DNA of 64,000 bases from a bacterium (GTDB lineage Bacteria; UBA8248; JACPRG01; G963555815): NCBI GenBank assembly GCA_965261595.1, contig CBDHDG010000004.1:704001-768000 (forward strand). Reading direction: 5' to 3'. The position numbers were made by a program, and so were the translations under genes. Positions within the stretch are counted from its first letter, which is position 1, and every line of letters begins with the position of its first letter. Positions 59,318 to 64,000 of this stretch are shown in pieces. Below the pieces are notes generated by a model. The model ran no database searches, was not told the DNA's origin, and saw only the letters and a program-made list of their open reading frames with translations.

Positions 59318-60088
59318 TTACGCCTTTCCGTCGATGATGTCCGTAATCAACGTGGCCGACCAAACCAGGTGAAGCCCCAGCGGGTCCTTTCCGCCGTCTT
59401 TCAGGACCGCCCCGACCGAAGAGGAGTGGACGCCCAGGAGATAAACCCGCCGCCGCGAGAAGGGATCGGCGCTCCAACGGGTCGCGGGGATGGAGGAAGG
59501 CTTCAGGATGACCGGGGAGCCGCTCGTCCCCGGATGAAGGTTGGCGTCGATGAGGGACAGGGGCTTCCCCTGAAACGGAATCGGATAGGGCGAGGCCAGC
59601 GTGGCATAGCGGATCACCGGCAGGTTGTGGACGTTGTCGTGATATCCCCGGGGATAGCCGATGACGAGAAGCTCCTGTCCCAGCTCGAAATCGAGGTCTT
59701 CGGGAACGTAATCGGCCTCGGAGAGCGCCGAGATCGCCACCGCCTTCTCCGCGGCGCGGCTGCGGATCTCCTCGACCTCCAGGCAGAGAACGTCAGAGTC
59801 GTTGCGGGGGTCCTCCAGCCAACGCGGCCGGCCCGCTTCGTCGAAGAGCGGCAGCGACATCCAGAGGTTCTCGCCGAGGTCGCTCGCCCTCTGGTGGAGA
59901 TGAATCCGGAAGTGGGTGGGCTGAACGCCCCGCCTCCCGCTTTGGGCGACATGGCGGTTGGTGACGAGATAAATCCGGCCGTCCTTGGTGAAGAAGAAAC
60001 CGGTCGCCGTGCCAAACTCCTCCTTCTCCCGGACGAGCTTGATCCGGACGATGCTCATCAAAACCGGGTCCACCCGGCGCTTGGCCAT
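59318..60088 (-). CDS. Trypsin-like serine protease
   Basis: ATGFF, TNRHV (His), DSDV (Asp), PGTSGSP (Ser). Confidence 0.88.
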   Translation of the reverse strand: MAKRRVDPVLMSIVRIKLVREKEEFGTATGFFFTKDGRIYLVTNRHVAQSGRRGVQPTHFRIHLHQRASDLGENLWMSLPLFDEAGRPRWLEDPRNDSDVLCLEVEEIRSRAAEKAVAISALSEADYVPEDLDFELGQELLVIGYPRGYHDNVHNLPVIRYATLASPYPIPFQGKPLSLIDANLHPGTSGSPVILKPSSIPATRWSADPFSRRRVYLLGVHSSSVGAVLKDGGKDPLGLHLVWSATLITDIIDGKA

Positions 60089-60148
60089 CTTTCCTCCCCC
60101 CTCCCCCCCCCCTCCCCGGACCGATTCGAGAGGGCCGGGGCGGCCCGT

Positions 60149-62365
60149 TCACCCTCCCAACCTTTGTGGGTCTCCGGAAAGCGCCGCCGCAAGCCTTTCT
60201 TTCAACATCGTCAAGCGCCCCCCCTCCGGGGCGTTCCGGATGGCGATGGAAAGGGCCCTCTTCGTCCCCACCAGAACCACAAGCCGCTTCCCGCGCGTGA
60301 TGCCCGTATAGAGAAGGTTTCTCTGGAGCATGACGTAGTGCTGGGTGTGAAGCGGGATGACCACGGCGGGGTATTCACTGCCCTGAGACTTGTGAATGGA
60401 CACCGCGTACGCCAGGACAAGCTCGTCCAGGTCGGAGAATTCATACGGAACCCTCCGCCCGTCGAACTCCACGTCCACCCGCTGGTCTTCGGTGGACAGG
60501 CGTGAAATGAACCCGATGTCTCCGTTGTAAACGTCCTTGTCATAGTTGTTGCGGACCTGCATCACCTTGTCTCCGCGGCCGAACGATCGGCCGTAACGCT
60601 GCACGGCCTCCCCGCCGGGATTCAGGGCGGACTGGAGGAGGGCGTTGAGATTCGTCGCCCCCAGATCCCCCCGGTGCATGGGCGTCAGGACCTGAACGTC
60701 CGTCTTGGGATTCAGCCCGAAACGCTTGGGAATCCGCTCGACGACGATCTCCCGGATGGTCTCGGCGGCCTCGGCCGGGTCCTCCCGCTCGACGAAAAAG
60801 ACATCCTCGGCCTCCGCGGAAAACTCCGGCGCCCGGCCTTCCTTGATCTGGTGGGCGTAATCCGTGATGAGGGAGAGGTCCCCCCGCCGGAAGATCTCCG
60901 TCAGACGGACCACCTCGCAGACGCCCGACTCGATGAGGTCCTTCAGGACCTGTCCGGGTCCAACCGAGGGAAGCTGATCCACGTCCCCCACCCAGATCAG
61001 CCGGGCCCCGGCGGGGACCGCGTCGAGGAGGTGGACCATCAGCGGCAGGTCGATCATCGACGATTCGTCCAGGATCAGGAGGTCCAGCGGCAGGGGGTTC
61101 GCCCGGTTGAACTCGAAGGCCATCCGCCGGGGCTCGAACTTCAGCAGCCGGTGAATCGTCCGCGCGGGCCTGCCCGTGGCCTCGGCGAGCCGTTTGGCGG
61201 CCCTCCCGGTGGGCGCGGCCAGGCTGATCCGGACGCCCTTCCGCTCCAGGATGTCCAGGATGGCCCGGACAATGGTGGTCTTGCCGGTTCCGGGTCCGCC
61301 CGTGATGACGAGCAGCTTCTCCGACAGGGCCTTGCGCACGGCGTCCAACTGCCGGCCGGCGAACCGGATGGCGGACCGGTCCCGCATCCAGTCCAGGGCG
61401 GCGTCGATCTGAATGGCGAGGGTTTTCTCCGGACTCTCCCGCAAGGTCTTCAACCTAAACGCGAGGGCCGTCTCGGCCTCGTAGAGATCTTTCAGGAAGA
61501 CCCGGCGCTCCCCCCCCTCCCCCTCCGTCTCGCCGAAGACTTCCCGCACGATCCGGCCTTCTCCCGCAAGCCGGGGGAGGGCCGCCTTCAGGGTCTCCGG
61601 GGGGATGTCCAGCTCCTTGGCGCAGCGCTCGATGAGGTCCGCCTCGGGGAAGAAACAATGCCCATCATCCCGGACCTCCTGCAACGAGTAAATGATCCCC
61701 GCTTCCGCGCGCACGTCGCTGTGCGGGTCGAACCCCAGCTTGAAGGCGATGTTGTCCGCCGTCCGGAACCCCATTCCGGAGATGTCCCGGGCGAGCAGGA
61801 AGGGATTGTTCTTCACGACGTCGAGGGAGGCGGGGCCGTAGGCCTTGAAAATCCGCGCGCCATAGGCCGAGGAAACCCCGTGCCCCTGAAGGAAGATCAT
61901 GACGTCCCGGATGGCCCGCTGCGCTTTCCAGGCGTCCCGGATCCATTGGGCCCGCTTCGGGCCGATTCCCTCCACGCGCTGAAGGCGGCGGTCGTCCTCC
62001 TCCAACACCTCCAGCGTCTCGGACCCGAACGCGTCCACCAGCCGGTCGGCCATCTTCGGGCCGATCCCCTTGATCATGCCCGAGCCCAGGTAGCGTCGGA
62101 TGCCCAGCTCGGTGGAGGGGACAACGGTCTCGAACCACTCCACCTCGAACTGCCGGCCGAACTTCTTATTCTGAACCCACCGGCCCCGGACCCGCAGGGT
62201 TTCTCCGATCTGGACGCCGGGCATCGTTCCCACGACGGTGACGGGGACGCCGCCGTCCGGGGCCTGAATCTGGGCGACCAGCCAGCCGGAATCCTCATTG
62301 GCGTAGGTGATCCGGTCGAGGACCCCTTCCATCGATTCCGATTCGGTCTGCTGGAAAAGGTCCAA
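60149..62365 (-). CDS. recD2: ATP-dependent RecD-like DNA helicase
   Basis: N-terminal OB/HhH (IKGIGPK), TGGPGTGKT, APTGRAAKR, DESSM, HKSQGSE. Confidence 0.95.
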   Translation of the reverse strand: MDLFQQTESESMEGVLDRITYANEDSGWLVAQIQAPDGGVPVTVVGTMPGVQIGETLRVRGRWVQNKKFGRQFEVEWFETVVPSTELGIRRYLGSGMIKGIGPKMADRLVDAFGSETLEVLEEDDRRLQRVEGIGPKRAQWIRDAWKAQRAIRDVMIFLQGHGVSSAYGARIFKAYGPASLDVVKNNPFLLARDISGMGFRTADNIAFKLGFDPHSDVRAEAGIIYSLQEVRDDGHCFFPEADLIERCAKELDIPPETLKAALPRLAGEGRIVREVFGETEGEGGERRVFLKDLYEAETALAFRLKTLRESPEKTLAIQIDAALDWMRDRSAIRFAGRQLDAVRKALSEKLLVITGGPGTGKTTIVRAILDILERKGVRISLAAPTGRAAKRLAEATGRPARTIHRLLKFEPRRMAFEFNRANPLPLDLLILDESSMIDLPLMVHLLDAVPAGARLIWVGDVDQLPSVGPGQVLKDLIESGVCEVVRLTEIFRRGDLSLITDYAHQIKEGRAPEFSAEAEDVFFVEREDPAEAAETIREIVVERIPKRFGLNPKTDVQVLTPMHRGDLGATNLNALLQSALNPGGEAVQRYGRSFGRGDKVMQVRNNYDKDVYNGDIGFISRLSTEDQRVDVEFDGRRVPYEFSDLDELVLAYAVSIHKSQGSEYPAVVIPLHTQHYVMLQRNLLYTGITRGKRLVVLVGTKRALSIAIRNAPEGGRLTMLKERLAAALSGDPQRLGG

Positions 62366-62575
62366 CCGCGTCAGCCTCCGCGCATCGGGATGATCGGGAT
62401 GTCATGCCGACTTCAGGCGCCGCTCTATTCTATCCCTGTTCCCAAAAAATCGGCATCCCGCCGGGCTTTGATTGGAGACCGGGCCGGGCGGCGACAGGAC
62501 GAATCCCCCCCTCCCCTCTCTCCCCCTCCCCTTTTCCTGGACGGACCCGGCCGGGTGCATTACCCTGTACGGGTT

Positions 62576-63817
62576 ATGCTAAGCGTCCTGGCCATCATCA
62601 TGGGCGGCGGACGGGGGTCCCGCCTCTATCCGCTCACCCAAGTCCGAAGCAAGCCCGCCGTGCCGCTAGGCGGCAGGTACCGTCTGATCGACGTCCCCAT
62701 CAGCAACTGCCTCAACTCGGGCATCCGCTCGGTCTACATCCTGACACAGTTCCAATCCGCCTCCCTCAACAGCCACGTCGCCCGGACGTACCGGTTCGAT
62801 CCCTTCGCGCCGGGATTCGTCGAGGTCCTCGCGGCCGAGCAGACCGAGGAAAGCCAGGAGTGGTATCAGGGCACGGCCGACGCCATCCGGCAGCACCTTC
62901 ACCGGTTTTTGGACTCCGACCATGACCACTACCTCATCCTCTCCGGGGACCACCTCTACCGGATGGATTACCGCGACATGATCCGTCCCCACGCGCGGAA
63001 GAAGGCGGACCTGACAGTGGCCATTCAGCCCGTGACCCGGGAGGCCGCGAAGGATTACGGCGTCATGCGCCTCGCGGCGGACGGGCGGGTGGCCGGGTTC
63101 GTGGAAAAGCCCGATGATCCGGCCGTGTTGGACACCCTCCGGGTCCGGGAAGACGACCCCATGGTCCGGGGGCTGCGGGACAAGACCCGGCTGTATCCGG
63201 GCTCGATGGGGATTTACCTCTTCACGAAGGAGGCCCTCGGGCGAGCCCTTTCCGGCACGCGGGAAGTGGATTTCGGCAAGCACGTCATCCCGGGCGTCCT
63301 GTCGTCCATGCGCGTCATGTGCCATCCATTCAAGTCGTATTGGAAAGATATCGGAACCATCCGGGCCTTTTACGAGGCGAACCTTCGCCTCGCCGAACCC
63401 GATCCGCCCTTCTGGTTCTACGAGCCGGGCTCGCCGATCTATACGCGCCCGCGCTTTCTGCCCCCGGCCCGATTGCTCGATTGCCGGGTCTCCCACTCTC
63501 TCATCACCGATGGCTGCATCGTCGAGGGCGCGGAGATTCAGCGGTCCATCCTGGGCATCCGCAGCCACGTCAGGAACGGGAGCCGGATCATCCGCTCCAT
63601 CGTCATGGGGCGCGATTCGTTTCAGGGGCCGGCGACCATCGGCCGAAACTGCCGCATCGAAGAGGCCATCCTGGACCTGAACGCCCGGATCGGCGACGGG
63701 GTGGAGATCCGCGGGGCGGAGGGCCGGCCCGATGAGGACGGCGACGGTTACGCAATCCGCGAGGGGGTTGTCGTGGTCTCCAAAAACTCCGTGATTCCCC
63801 CGGGGACGAGAATCTGA
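62576..63817 (+). CDS. glgC: Glucose-1-phosphate adenylyltransferase
   Basis: [41 protein letters not shown]. Confidence 0.95.
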   Translation: MLSVLAIIMGGGRGSRLYPLTQVRSKPAVPLGGRYRLIDVPISNCLNSGIRSVYILTQFQSASLNSHVARTYRFDPFAPGFVEVLAAEQTEESQEWYQGTADAIRQHLHRFLDSDHDHYLILSGDHLYRMDYRDMIRPHARKKADLTVAIQPVTREAAKDYGVMRLAADGRVAGFVEKPDDPAVLDTLRVREDDPMVRGLRDKTRLYPGSMGIYLFTKEALGRALSGTREVDFGKHVIPGVLSSMRVMCHPFKSYWKDIGTIRAFYEANLRLAEPDPPFWFYEPGSPIYTRPRFLPPARLLDCRVSHSLITDGCIVEGAEIQRSILGIRSHVRNGSRIIRSIVMGRDSFQGPATIGRNCRIEEAILDLNARIGDGVEIRGAEGRPDEDGDGYAIREGVVVVSKNSVIPPGTRI

Positions 63818-64000
63818 TGGCCGCGGGCAAGCGAACGCTCCTTTGGAAGATGCTGGGGCGGGTCGATTACGAGCCGGCCCTGGCCCTCCAGGGGCGCCTG
63901 CGGGCGCGGCGCATCGCGGGGGAGACAGCGGACACCCTCCTGCTTCTGGAGCATCCCCCCGTCCTGACCCTCGGACGGGGCGCCGACGCGGCCAACGTTC
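63817..64000 (+). CDS. lipB: Lipoyl(octanoyl) transferase (runs off window edge)
   Basis: [13 protein letters not shown]...[17 protein letters not shown]. Confidence 0.88.
   Translation, partial: MAAGKRTLLWKMLGRVDYEPALALQGRLRARRIAGETADTLLLLEHPPVLTLGRGADAANV

Noticed and set aside
226..63817. Many long antisense or alternative-frame ORFs (e.g. 226-1431+, 16943-19663-, 39814-41970+, 46756-49338+, 56513-58894+, and the 5' extension 60674-62575 of glgC)
   Set aside because: Shadow ORFs typical of high-GC DNA; they overlap well-supported genes and lack family motifs.

Overview
High-GC bacterial chromosomal window, dominated by accessory catabolic genes. It holds five xanthine-oxidase-family molybdoenzyme large subunits, several amidohydrolases, a UbiD decarboxylase, an LLM monooxygenase, a sugar-type ABC transporter with a frameshifted duplicate binding protein, alpha/beta hydrolases and PPOX proteins. 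It also carries tRNA-Leu(TAA), an RHH-MazF toxin-antitoxin pair and housekeeping genes at the right end (fdhD, recD2, glgC, lipB). The strongest hidden signal is an OsmC-like gene (27031-27639) that the ORF track splits in two: an in-frame TGA sits where the catalytic Cys should be and is followed by a bacterial SECIS-like hairpin, so it is probably a selenoprotein. Also notable are a six-gene cluster (1-8032) in which three enzymes carry non-canonical active-site residues, a Rieske + amidohydrolase pair resembling amidohydrolase-related dinuclear oxygenases, and several nested inverted-repeat REP/MITE-like elements. No CRISPR array, integrase or transposase was seen. All calls come from manual motif reading; no database search was run.
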